Origin: a virus
Virus record (IMG/VR): IMGVR_UViG_3300008267_000040
Location: 1-64,000 of that record
Strand: one strand, 5' to 3'
DNA: 64,000 bases
The position numbers and the translations under genes were made by a program. The notes below the pieces were generated by a model, which saw nothing but the letters and a program-made list of their open reading frames with translations, did not search any database and was not told the DNA's origin. Shown here piece after piece: positions 37,801 through 46,026 of this stretch (position 1 is the first letter of the stretch; every line of letters begins with the position of its first letter).

Positions 37801-38337
37801 TGGAAGGTATGAAGTAGTGGTTGAATATGCTCCAATAAAATCAAAACCAGTTGATAGTGTATCCCAATCGGATGTATTAGAACTTGGTGCTTTATTGGTG
37901 TTTAATGTTTTGGAAACATAGTTGTTTCCACCGTATAGAACAACATCCCCTACTTGATATGCTGTTCCTGAGTTCCAAGCTCCTTCATAATTGAAACCTC
38001 CAAAATATGGAGTTAGATTAGAAGAATTGAAATTGGAGGTTGAAGCAAAAGAAGTAACTACTCTATATTGAGTATTACCAAATTTTACTAAATCATTAAT
38101 CTTGTAAAAAGTTGATGGTGCCCAATCACCTCTATTTGCAATACCCTCAACGTGCAAAGACCACTTTGCTAGATCCGTTGAGTACCAGTTTGTTTCTGAT
38201 GATACAGAAGTGTGATTCTGGGTACAGACATAAGTATTCGCACCGAACTTAACGATATCATCAATAACATAGTCTGTACTTGCTGTCCAAGCACCTCTCC
38301 AGTTAAATTTTAGTCTTCCTAATCTAAAATCAGCCAT
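34804..38337 (-). CDS. Tail fibre/spike-like protein (1177 aa) with N-terminal CBM5/12-like repeats and a pectin-lyase-like beta-helix
   Basis: Five GAW...T.Y..GD.V.(F/Y)GG..Y repeats; TIKHAC...IYVKAGTYEEQLPI.VP.NVTIVGD beta-helix cap. Confidence 0.75.
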   Translation of the reverse strand: MADFRLGRLKFNWRGAWTASTDYVIDDIVKFGANTYVCTQNHTSVSSETNWYSTDLAKWSLHVEGIANRGDWAPSTFYKINDLVKFGNTQYRVVTSFASTSNFNSSNLTPYFGGFNYEGAWNSGTAYQVGDVVLYGGNNYVSKTLNTNKAPSSNTSDWDTLSTGFDFIGAYSTTTSYLPGEVIRFGGYSYVAKEEVGAGMTSNPVQVPNKWDLIVKGFEWKGAWSSVTTYQQGDTIYRNSNSYVSIASTNFNNDPATDSLGTYWNPLTQGSATNVLSATGDIIYQSGAGPASLPIGTNGKVLTVSPSGVPVWETNNVTYPVFYVAEEGSDSNDGKNINRAYATIKHACGIVTGPATIYVKAGTYEEQLPITVPPNVTIVGDNLRTTKIVPAAGNSNHQVLTLNSAPSTAMQYGATIANGAGTKTARILDFNFSQTKVEIEPLTGGVWVSGVDTWENGASDITVDNAVTLTNAQSTMFMLSDRTMLKDIVMDGMTGFVPAGVLKTATASISGTILTNSTAEMEPDLVGTVISGTGIAVGTKVVTYLSTTQVEVDTAQTVSSTPITFTASDRDLNNATVRGVFVKLNPNSPITKSPYVSNCSAFSTGGVGAVVDGKVHKQYDNTPQRSNKSIVFDSWTNIHDNGVGFWITNNAAAEMVSCFTYYAHVSYCSTRGGRIRSLAGNSSWGNYAIVSSGYNTDESFLSGTVEGLQLKYNVETITAPGFTQGERIIGATSGAVGELTSVQTSIAALYYSVVTSGPNGSGFRQNELITGQTSGTQAFLTNNTDANVGQSGFTIVVRGLQNNLQTGGSVEFVTGSGNGGVIGTAATTITGADPFTYVIQNVSYVAPDGRGNIGVNRAQLTTTAAKHFGTNNNIRNYPWTNVIATVAAPIGTNDTQIVVSSTAGFFQNGFVLTPTNELMKIVSLDSSIAMTVLRAQEGAGIATGYSNGTSFRAIGVANTISGTQIIKDQTPVQSFVRVNNVTGFSTDNFIKIDSEFMKVTSIGIDTTGRTTLILAEEKANKTYDEQVFRIRYLYSQVRLTGHDFLQIGTGGTSTTNWPGVPTVDPIPSREVTEDYPGRVYYVSTDQNGNFRVGKYFRVNQATGAATLNASAFDLSGLTSLRLGSIGAQLGAQINEFSTDITLSQNSNEKVSTQAAVKAYVDNTIIKSRPFTYWVATS

Positions 38338-38351
38338 TTTTGTTTAATTCC

Positions 38352-38750
38352 TTACTTAGGTCCTGCGGTATTGTAATCGTATGTGCCACCAACTCTGGCA
38401 ACAAAGTATCCATCATCATCGATGAAATAAGAAATTCTTCGAAAATCAAACCTGAACTGTTGATATTTATCAGCAGGGTGATTGGTATATGTTTTTTCTT
38501 CTGTAGTTTCTTCGACGTAATCAATTCCCTCCAAAAAGTCGGGATACTGACTGCCATCTGTTCTATAAAAATCACCAACTACATTGGAATCAGTTGATCT
38601 TACTTGTGTATAATAAAGCATTCCACTAGAATCTCTGCGAAGAGCGTGAATATACCAATCATTTTCTTTTTTTAGAGTAGAAGTATCATTGAATGAATTA
38701 CTTCCACTCGAAGAAGAAGATGTCATACTTCCGCTTAAGAACATTGTCAT
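38352..38750 (-). CDS. Hypothetical late protein (132 aa)
   Basis: Co-oriented ORF with ATGA overlap to the upstream gene; HALRRD..GMLYYT and YFIDDDGYFVAR. Confidence 0.7.
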   Translation of the reverse strand: MTMFLSGSMTSSSSSGSNSFNDTSTLKKENDWYIHALRRDSSGMLYYTQVRSTDSNVVGDFYRTDGSQYPDFLEGIDYVEETTEEKTYTNHPADKYQQFRFDFRRISYFIDDDGYFVARVGGTYDYNTAGPK

Positions 38751-39196
38751 ACAGAGACCCTCCAGTAAGTACCTTCCCAGATCAATTCGACACTAGCACC
38801 AGAAACATCACATACAAGTGGGGCATCAATTAACCCAGAAGCATTTTTAAATTTCTGATTATTTTGAGTGACTACTATAAGATTATTTATGCTCCAGAAA
38901 GATTTTGAATCAAACAGACTAATATAGTCACCTGTGTTGATAAGAGTTGGTAAAGTTACTGAATATTCGGCATTAGTAGTATCTGCATGATATTTTGTAT
39001 TTGCCTTTAATGTTGTTGCTGATGAAATAAGTGTATATCTTGCTTTTGATACTTCAAAACCACCAGTTGTCAAACCATCATGGACTCTTATTACACTTTT
39101 ATCCGTATCAACGGTAACTTCAGCCAAAGCACCAGTAAACGAAGCATGTTCTTGCTCAGTACCTTTTCTGAGTTGAACTCGTTTTGTATTTGACAT
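38747..39196 (-). CDS. Small protein with an Mtd_N-like (major tropism determinant N-terminal) fibre anchor domain
   Basis: VQLRKGT..EH..FTGA.AEVTVDTDK..IRVHDG.T.GG; ATAAATA at 39219-39225. Confidence 0.72.
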   Translation of the reverse strand: MSNTKRVQLRKGTEQEHASFTGALAEVTVDTDKSVIRVHDGLTTGGFEVSKARYTLISSATTLKANTKYHADTTNAEYSVTLPTLINTGDYISLFDSKSFWSINNLIVVTQNNQKFKNASGLIDAPLVCDVSGASVELIWEGTYWRVSV

Positions 39197-39224
39197 TGAT
39201 ATAAAGATTGTATATCTTTATTTA

Positions 39225-42200
39225 TCAAATTATGTATATTCTTATTGGTTTTGGTGAATCAAATTCAACATATCTATTTGTTGATATTCCATTAAATTGT
39301 GCTTGAGTAATTCCAACATAACCAGCACGTCCAAATGTTTCTTTAGATACACCAGATAGTCTAAAGAGTATTTGTGTTCTATCATAAGGAACAACTCTTG
39401 CGATACCTGCAGACTGGAATCCAAATATTCTTCCTGTTCCAAAATATGCTTCGGTATTCTTCTCGACAGCATTTCCTGTGAACTTGAATAGATTTGTTGT
39501 TGGTGGTGAGAATGTAACTGATTCCGTCTTGCTGACAAATGCAAATAGTGAACCAGTACCAACATAAGTTGCTGGAAGTACGGATTCTTTTGCAGAACCA
39601 GTAATTTTGAATAGTCCACCAGTTGTACTGACAACTGCAGAAGATTCTGCAGCACCAATAAATCCGAATATACTTCCAGATCCAGCATAACTCTTACTCT
39701 TTCTTTCTTCGGCAGTTCCAACAAAGTCAAATAGTGTTGTTGAAATTGCTGGAGTGAAGGATACTCTTTCTGCACCACCACCAAAACCAAATAATGTTCC
39801 AGTAGTAGTCCAGTTTGTATTTCTTTCTGTTTTTGCTGCTCCACCAAACTTGAACAATGTAGTTGAAGTTGGGGGTACAACAGTAGAAGACTCCTGAGCA
39901 CTGACAAAGATGACTTTGCCATTGATATCGAGAATTGAATCCCTGGTACGGAATCGAACAAGACCAGAACCAATATAAGATTCTGTATTCTTTTCTGCCG
40001 CAGATCCAGTAAACTTGAATAGTGTTGTTTTTGTCTCTGCAGAACTGGTTGTTTCTGTCTTGCTGACAAACGTAAAGAGAGAACCAGTACCAATGTGAGT
40101 ATAAAGATTGCGTACTATACCAGAACCAGTGATTCTGAATAGAGTCTTGAATTCTGGTAGTTTTCTGCCAATAGACTCTGCACCACCAGTAAATCCAAAG
40201 ATGCGTCCAGAACCAACATAAGATTCTGTATTCTTCTCGATTGCAGAACCAAATATAGTTGTTTTTCCAGATCCAATATGCTTCAGTCTTGCAATTATAT
40301 TTGCATTTCCAGAGAGTTTTGTCTCTGTTGAACCAGTATAAGATTCTACATTCTTCTCTACTGCAGATCCAGTAAATCTGAATAGTGTTCCACTTACTGG
40401 TGGTCTGCTTGCCGCAACAGTTACTGAAGAATTTAAACCAAAGAGTGAACCAGTTCCGATATATGGTCTTGCTCTTGGTGTTTCAGCACTACCATTAATC
40501 GAAAGTTGTCCTTGACCAACGTGAACTGGTTTTGTTTGCGTTCTTGCATTTCCAGAAAGGGTAATGAAACCAGAACCAACTTCTCCGTAGATAAAGAATA
40601 GTGTGACAACACCAGTTGCTCTGAATAACGCACCATCAGTTTTTGGAACAACTGTGTTCCTTTCAATTCCAGAGATATAACGTTGTTTTTCACGAGCATC
40701 AAGACCAGAAACTCTTTGTCTGAGATTGAATGTTCCTCCTCCAACTTCTGTTAGAGTGAATCCAATTGCGGAAGAACCACCAAATCTGAATAGTGCTCCC
40801 TGTGGGAGCAGTGAACCAGAAACAACAGAAGTTGAACTGTCGAATGTAAAGAGTGAACCAGAACCAACATAAGATTCTGTATTTCTCTCGTCTGCAGATC
40901 CAGTAAACTTGAAGAGACCTGTTGAAACCTTGGTTGCTGCAGAAGACTCGGTAGAACTGATGAAGGTAAAGAGTGAACCAGTACCAACATAAGATTCTGT
41001 ATTCTTCTCAATTGCATTTCCTGCAAACTTGAAGAGACCTGTTGTTGATGGAGCATTTGATTTGACTTCTGATGCACCAGTGAATGCAAAGATGCGTCCA
41101 GTACCAACATAAGATTCTGTATTCTTCTCAATTGCATTTCCTGCAAACTTGAAGAGTACTGTTGCAACAAGAGAACTTGAGGTAGATTCTGCTGCTCCAG
41201 TAAACGCAAAGATACGACCAGAACCAATATGTGGTGCGGGAGTAATTGCTTGCGGAGAAGATCCAAAGAACTTGAAGAGACCTGTTGCTGATGGAGCATT
41301 GGACTTGACTTCTGTTTTGGTTCCAAATGCGAAGAGTGAACCAGAACCAACATAGGATTCTGTATTCTTGATATTTGTTGCTGCACCAAATAAGGTAATA
41401 GTACCAGAACCAATATGTGGTTCTTGAGTAATAGATTCTTGACCACCAACAATTGCAAAGAGAGATCCAGAACCAACATGAACTAAACCAAAACCTATAG
41501 TTGCAGAACTAATTCTGGTTATTTGTAGGTTTCCACTACCATTATATCCAAATGATCTATATGCAGGTATTGGTGTCGAGAATACTTTTACTCGACCAGT
41601 ACCAAAGTAGGATTCTGTATTTCTTTCTGTTGCAGTTCCAAATAATGTAATTCCACCAGAACCAATATGTGGTTCTTGAGTAATAGATTCTTGACCACCA
41701 ACAATTGCAAACAGTGAACCAGAACCAACATGAGATAGAGATGCTTTTAACTGGGAAGAACCAAGGAACTTGAATAGTCCAGTTGTTTCTTGTGCAGATA
41801 GTCTTGTCTCTGAAGCACCAGTAAATGCATATAATGTTCCAGAACCAACATGAGATAGTGCTGCTTGTACTGATGCCTTATTATCACTAAATCTAAATCT
41901 TCCATATGGGAAGATATTTTCATTGTCAGTAATATAACCATAATTAACTTTTTGTTGACCATAATTAGTTGGTTCACTTATGAATCCATAATCATCTTCA
42001 GAAGTATAATTATCAGCAACAAATCCATAATCAAGTCCATCAATAGTTACTACAGAAGATTCGTTGTAGTCATAAGTGACTTTTTCTGCATGACCAACAA
42101 ATCCAAATAGTGAACCAGAACCAATATAGGATTCTGCATTCTTCTGGACTGCAGAACCAAAGAATTTAAATAGACCTGTTGTTGATTTTACTAGTGCTCT

Positions 42201-43538
42201 TGCTTCTCCAGAACCAGTAAATGCATATAATGTTCCAGAACCAATATGTGGTGCAGGAACGATAGATTGACCAGCAGAACCAGAAATCTTAATATCCGAT
42301 TTTTTGATTTCTGTTTTTTCTGCAGTTGCTTTTGATATTGCTGTCCCAACAAATCCAAATAGTGAACCAGAACCAATTTGTGATAAAGATGCTTTTGGTT
42401 CTGAGTTTCCAAATATAGTGAATTTTCCAACACCAATGTGTTTTGGTAAAATGAATAAACGAGCATTTCCAAATATGGAAATTGTTCCAGTGGTAGTTTG
42501 ATTTGGTGAGAATACAATTCCAGTATCGGAACTTAATTTTAACTTACCAAATGGTAATCTTGTATCATTATCGGTAATATAACCATAATCAATCTTATTC
42601 CATGGTTTTTGTGGACTTGGTTCTTCACTTATTAGTCCAAAGTCATCTTCAGAAGTGTAATTATCGGTAACAAATCCATAATCAAGTCCTTCTGGTCTTA
42701 TTACTGATGATTCATTATAGTCATAAGTTACTCTTTCTGCATGTCCAACGAATCCAAATAGGGAACCAGAACCAACATAAGATTCTCCATTCTTTTCTGT
42801 AGCAGAACCAGAGAATCTAAAGATATTTGTTTCTGACTTCGTAATGATAACTCTTGATAGTCCAGCACCAGTAAATGCAGAGAATAGTCCAGTGCTGGAA
42901 TAATTTCCTCTTGAGAATGCATCAAAAGCACCACCAAAAACACGAATGCGGAGTTTTGCTTCTGGTGGTGTATTTGTTGTAGATTTTGCTGCTCCATTGA
43001 ATCCAAACAAAGCACCAGAACCATACTGATACGCAGTTCTGGTGCTTTGAGAATATCCAAATGGTCGAATTCTTCCTGAACCAATATGTATTGGTAATAC
43101 GTAAATTTTTGCCTTTCCACTGACAAGGAAAGTTAAACCACCAACACTATTCCTTACCAGACTTACATCTGCAAACTCTGTAGAAATAGATAATTTTCCA
43201 AATGGTGTCGATGCCGATATAATTGTAATTGTACCGTAATCGAAAATTTGAGAACGACTTACTATGGAATCAGTTACGTCACCAAAATCATCATAATATG
43301 AAACTAAATCCGAAATTAGACCATAATCTTCACTCTCAAATGAAACAATGGCAGATTCATTATATGAATATGCTCTTTGTTCTTCTAGTTCTTCTGAATG
43401 GGAAGAAATTTTAAAGTCTGGATCTCCTATAAAAGTAAAATCCGACAACAAAACTGAGGAGTAGTTGCTAATGATTTCATTAGCATAACGACTAATCCTA
43501 TGGCTGTCAGATCCAGTTGTATAGGAGAATATGGCCAT
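39225..43538 (-). CDS. Large repeat-rich putative structural/fibre protein (1437 aa)
   Basis: Dozens of ~20-aa units (E.NTESY.G(S/T)GSLF.F.G and TGLFKF.G); three acidic YNES...DYG...DDYG modules in the N-terminal third. Confidence 0.75.
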   Translation of the reverse strand: MAIFSYTTGSDSHRISRYANEIISNYSSVLLSDFTFIGDPDFKISSHSEELEEQRAYSYNESAIVSFESEDYGLISDLVSYYDDFGDVTDSIVSRSQIFDYGTITIISASTPFGKLSISTEFADVSLVRNSVGGLTFLVSGKAKIYVLPIHIGSGRIRPFGYSQSTRTAYQYGSGALFGFNGAAKSTTNTPPEAKLRIRVFGGAFDAFSRGNYSSTGLFSAFTGAGLSRVIITKSETNIFRFSGSATEKNGESYVGSGSLFGFVGHAERVTYDYNESSVIRPEGLDYGFVTDNYTSEDDFGLISEEPSPQKPWNKIDYGYITDNDTRLPFGKLKLSSDTGIVFSPNQTTTGTISIFGNARLFILPKHIGVGKFTIFGNSEPKASLSQIGSGSLFGFVGTAISKATAEKTEIKKSDIKISGSAGQSIVPAPHIGSGTLYAFTGSGEARALVKSTTGLFKFFGSAVQKNAESYIGSGSLFGFVGHAEKVTYDYNESSVVTIDGLDYGFVADNYTSEDDYGFISEPTNYGQQKVNYGYITDNENIFPYGRFRFSDNKASVQAALSHVGSGTLYAFTGASETRLSAQETTGLFKFLGSSQLKASLSHVGSGSLFAIVGGQESITQEPHIGSGGITLFGTATERNTESYFGTGRVKVFSTPIPAYRSFGYNGSGNLQITRISSATIGFGLVHVGSGSLFAIVGGQESITQEPHIGSGTITLFGAATNIKNTESYVGSGSLFAFGTKTEVKSNAPSATGLFKFFGSSPQAITPAPHIGSGRIFAFTGAAESTSSSLVATVLFKFAGNAIEKNTESYVGTGRIFAFTGASEVKSNAPSTTGLFKFAGNAIEKNTESYVGTGSLFTFISSTESSAATKVSTGLFKFTGSADERNTESYVGSGSLFTFDSSTSVVSGSLLPQGALFRFGGSSAIGFTLTEVGGGTFNLRQRVSGLDAREKQRYISGIERNTVVPKTDGALFRATGVVTLFFIYGEVGSGFITLSGNARTQTKPVHVGQGQLSINGSAETPRARPYIGTGSLFGLNSSVTVAASRPPVSGTLFRFTGSAVEKNVESYTGSTETKLSGNANIIARLKHIGSGKTTIFGSAIEKNTESYVGSGRIFGFTGGAESIGRKLPEFKTLFRITGSGIVRNLYTHIGTGSLFTFVSKTETTSSAETKTTLFKFTGSAAEKNTESYIGSGLVRFRTRDSILDINGKVIFVSAQESSTVVPPTSTTLFKFGGAAKTERNTNWTTTGTLFGFGGGAERVSFTPAISTTLFDFVGTAEERKSKSYAGSGSIFGFIGAAESSAVVSTTGGLFKITGSAKESVLPATYVGTGSLFAFVSKTESVTFSPPTTNLFKFTGNAVEKNTEAYFGTGRIFGFQSAGIARVVPYDRTQILFRLSGVSKETFGRAGYVGITQAQFNGISTNRYVEFDSPKPIRIYII
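40978..41156. repeat. Identical 59-bp direct repeats at 120-bp spacing inside the 1437-aa gene
   Basis: ccagtaccaacataagattctgtattcttctcaattgcatttcctgcaaacttgaagag at 40978-41036 and 41098-41156. Confidence 0.85.
41404..41711. repeat. Identical ~56-bp direct repeats inside the 1437-aa gene
   Basis: ccagaaccaatatgtggttcttgagtaatagattcttgaccaccaacaattgcaaa at about 41404 and 41656, encoding FAIVGGQESITQEPHIGSG twice. Confidence 0.8.
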
Positions 43539-44509
43539 CAGTTAATTTTAAACACCTCCATCTTCGTCCATGAACCATCAACAGTTCCTCTAACAGTTTG
43601 ACTGGTTGGATTTGAAGTATAAACTGTAAAATCAATATAATCTGTTGTTCCGTTCATTGTGACAATTCCACAGACAGTTTGACTATATGAAAAAGTTGTT
43701 ATCCCAACTTGATGTAATGCAAATGTAGTTCCATTTTTTCTTAGTTGAATATTTGATTGATTATTTGTTACAGTTCCTGCTTGCCAGTTCATCATTGCAT
43801 CAACACGATAAGTTCCTGCAACGGTTGGTGTGGTACGAGTTGTAATTCCACTGTACCAACCATTACTATCACTTGTTGCAGTAAAAACAATTAAAGTGTC
43901 AACACCTGTAGTAACAGTTTGATCTGTTGTTCTTGCAAGTTTTACATAATAATTTCCAGGTGCATTGAGATTACCAGTGATTGTTGTGGCACCAGAAACA
44001 CTTAACTGATTTGTAAAAGTAGTTCCAGTGACTGTTACACCAGTGCCAAGAGTTTCAAACTTTTTAGAGTTATCAAAATAAAGTTCTACAGAACCATTAG
44101 TATTAAATTTTGCTTTATTCTCAGTATATGAAAGATCGGTGATAATTAAACTATTATCACCAGCAATATAAAGATCACCAGTTCCAGAATCTGCAATAGC
44201 ACTTATGGATCCATTGTGTCCAATATACAAATCACCACTATTACCAAAATATCCAAACACATTGTCTGCAAAGTAAGCAGAAGTCCCAAAACTTACGGAC
44301 CCAGTGAATGTAGAAAAACCAGTGACTTGCAGTTGAGTGACTGAACTGATACCACCTATGACACTTGTAGATACTCCAGAGGTTGCTGCATAACCAGCAG
44401 TAATAACATAAGTAGGAGTTCCCAACCCAACAACGTCTAGTGCAAGATTATTAATCTCAACACGTTGCTGTTCGAAGGTATAATTTGGACCGACATAACG
44501 TAATGTCAT
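43538..44509 (-). CDS. Short fibre-like protein with a C-terminal C1q/TNF-like domain (323 aa)
   Basis: GSVELYFDNSKKFET.GTGVTVTG shaft motif; PTVAGTY.V...MNGTTDYI C1q-like head. Confidence 0.65.
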   Translation of the reverse strand: MTLRYVGPNYTFEQQRVEINNLALDVVGLGTPTYVITAGYAATSGVSTSVIGGISSVTQLQVTGFSTFTGSVSFGTSAYFADNVFGYFGNSGDLYIGHNGSISAIADSGTGDLYIAGDNSLIITDLSYTENKAKFNTNGSVELYFDNSKKFETLGTGVTVTGTTFTNQLSVSGATTITGNLNAPGNYYVKLARTTDQTVTTGVDTLIVFTATSDSNGWYSGITTRTTPTVAGTYRVDAMMNWQAGTVTNNQSNIQLRKNGTTFALHQVGITTFSYSQTVCGIVTMNGTTDYIDFTVYTSNPTSQTVRGTVDGSWTKMEVFKIN

Positions 44510-44525
44510 ATTAATCTCCTACCTT

Positions 44526-44560
44526 AAAAAAATAGGAGGGATTACTTTTGCAACCCCTCC
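44526..44560 (-). terminator. Rho-independent terminator after the 459-aa gene
   Basis: Minus strand reads GGAGGGGTTGC-AAAA-GTAATCCCTCC-TATTTTTTT. Confidence 0.8.
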
Positions 44561-44585
44561 ATAATAAAGATATAATTTTGAAAAA

Positions 44586-45965
44586 TCAGTCGAGGCTGAT
44601 ATTTAGAGTAACCTTAATTTGGTCTCCGTTGTTCTGAATGTTGTAAGGACCGTTTGTAAATCTTTCAGCAAACATGATGCTACTGTAAAGAGTAGCACTT
44701 CCAACACCAGCAAGTGCTGGAGTCGTTCTGAATACGTCTGTTCCAACAGTCTCAAAGATTGTATATGTTGATGAAGCAGTTGTTGTATTTCCTGTTCCTG
44801 CTGCGATATAAATTACATCTCCAGGAACTAGTCCGTGACTTGGTGCAGTTACTTGGCTGCAGTTGAAGAATACAGTAGCACCAGTAGCAGCCTGAATGTT
44901 ATTTACCAGGTTGTTGCTTAGGTAAACAATTCTTTCACGTTCATCAAAACCAGTTACTAAAGTTCCTTCTGGGAGTGCATTAACTTCCCCAACAACGTTT
45001 CCATGAGTGACTGCCATACCTACAGTGATGTTTTCTCCAACATTTTCTGTAAATGTAACGATTCCAGCTACTGTTGTTGTATTTCCTTTATCTAATACAA
45101 TAGTATTTGTGCCAGCAACACCAACAACTCTTGCGTTTGGTGCGATTCCAGTACCAACTACTCTTTGGTTAGTGGTGATTCCAGTTGGAGCATCAACTTC
45201 AACTACAAATGAACCAGTTGAACCAACACCAGTTGGACTATATTTCTTATCAAATAAGGTAATATAGTTTCTACCAATGGTTCCTGTTGTTTGGGTTTTT
45301 GCTACTGCTACAGCAGTTGAAACAGTTGCAGCATCTTGAACCCCATGAATTTCAACAGGCATATTATTTGCTCTTACCAAGTAGTAACCATACTGGTTAT
45401 TGGCAGCAGAGCTGAATGTAAATGTTTGCTCTGGGTATGAAGCAGTAGTTGTTCCTCTACCAAATTCCAATGATTGGTTTAGGAAAGTTCCTGTATTTGG
45501 AACAGTAAGAACGATTGTATTTCCATCAATAGCAGCAACTGTAGCACGAGTTCCAACACCACCACCAGAAACGTAGTGACCAACTGCAATATTTGTTGTT
45601 GATGATACAGTAATTGTGTACTGGTTTACAGTTCCAGAACCGTTTGTGGTAACAATTGGAGTGGTGATTGTTCTAACATTCCACAAGTTTCCATTTAGCA
45701 GAATGCCAAATTGTTCTGTATAGTCTTGATCAAATCTATTATTGATTACTCTTGGATATCCATTGGATGGGTCAGTTCCATAACCAATGTTGCCAGAAGC
45801 ATCATATGGTTCATAAAACTTATTTTGAGCAGGAACATCAGATTCCGCTGGGGTTGTGTCACTTGAATATAATTTAAGAATTAAATTCCTTGGAATTTCG
45901 TGACTACTATTTACAAGATATCTTAGGGATTGAAGTTCGCCACAATCTGGAACTAATAGTGCCAT
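44586..45965 (-). CDS. Putative virion structural protein (459 aa)
   Basis: N-terminal LILKLY...TPAESD and C-terminal AERFTNGPYNIQNNGDQIKVT flanking three inserted beta modules; has its own promoter and terminator. Confidence 0.7.
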   Translation of the reverse strand: MALLVPDCGELQSLRYLVNSSHEIPRNLILKLYSSDTTPAESDVPAQNKFYEPYDASGNIGYGTDPSNGYPRVINNRFDQDYTEQFGILLNGNLWNVRTITTPIVTTNGSGTVNQYTITVSSTTNIAVGHYVSGGGVGTRATVAAIDGNTIVLTVPNTGTFLNQSLEFGRGTTTASYPEQTFTFSSAANNQYGYYLVRANNMPVEIHGVQDAATVSTAVAVAKTQTTGTIGRNYITLFDKKYSPTGVGSTGSFVVEVDAPTGITTNQRVVGTGIAPNARVVGVAGTNTIVLDKGNTTTVAGIVTFTENVGENITVGMAVTHGNVVGEVNALPEGTLVTGFDERERIVYLSNNLVNNIQAATGATVFFNCSQVTAPSHGLVPGDVIYIAAGTGNTTTASSTYTIFETVGTDVFRTTPALAGVGSATLYSSIMFAERFTNGPYNIQNNGDQIKVTLNISLD

Positions 45966-46006
45966 TGATAATGTCTCCTGACTCGTTATAAATTACTTTA
46001 TATTCT

Positions 46007-46014
46007 TATTTATA
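46007..46014 (-). promoter_or_regulatory. Late promoter TATAAATA upstream of the 459-aa gene
   Basis: tatttata at 46007-46014. Confidence 0.78.
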
Positions 46015-46026
46015 TATTACTAAAAA

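Noticed and set aside
38747-39196. Diversity-generating retroelement suggested by the Mtd_N-like domain and nearby repeats
   Set aside because: No reverse transcriptase or Avd gene, and no TR/VR pair with adenine-specific mismatches in the window; the repeats are in-frame coding duplications
40800-41720. Regularly spaced direct repeats resembling a CRISPR array
   Set aside because: They lie inside an ORF, follow the protein repeat period, have related rather than unique spacers, and no cas genes are present
39242-43126. Long same-strand alternative-frame ORFs (283, 242, 132 and 108 aa, among others) inside the 1437-aa gene
   Set aside because: The Leu/Val/Gln-rich translations are the expected frameshifted shadow of repetitive GGT/TCT/ACT codons; no RBS or slippery site was seen
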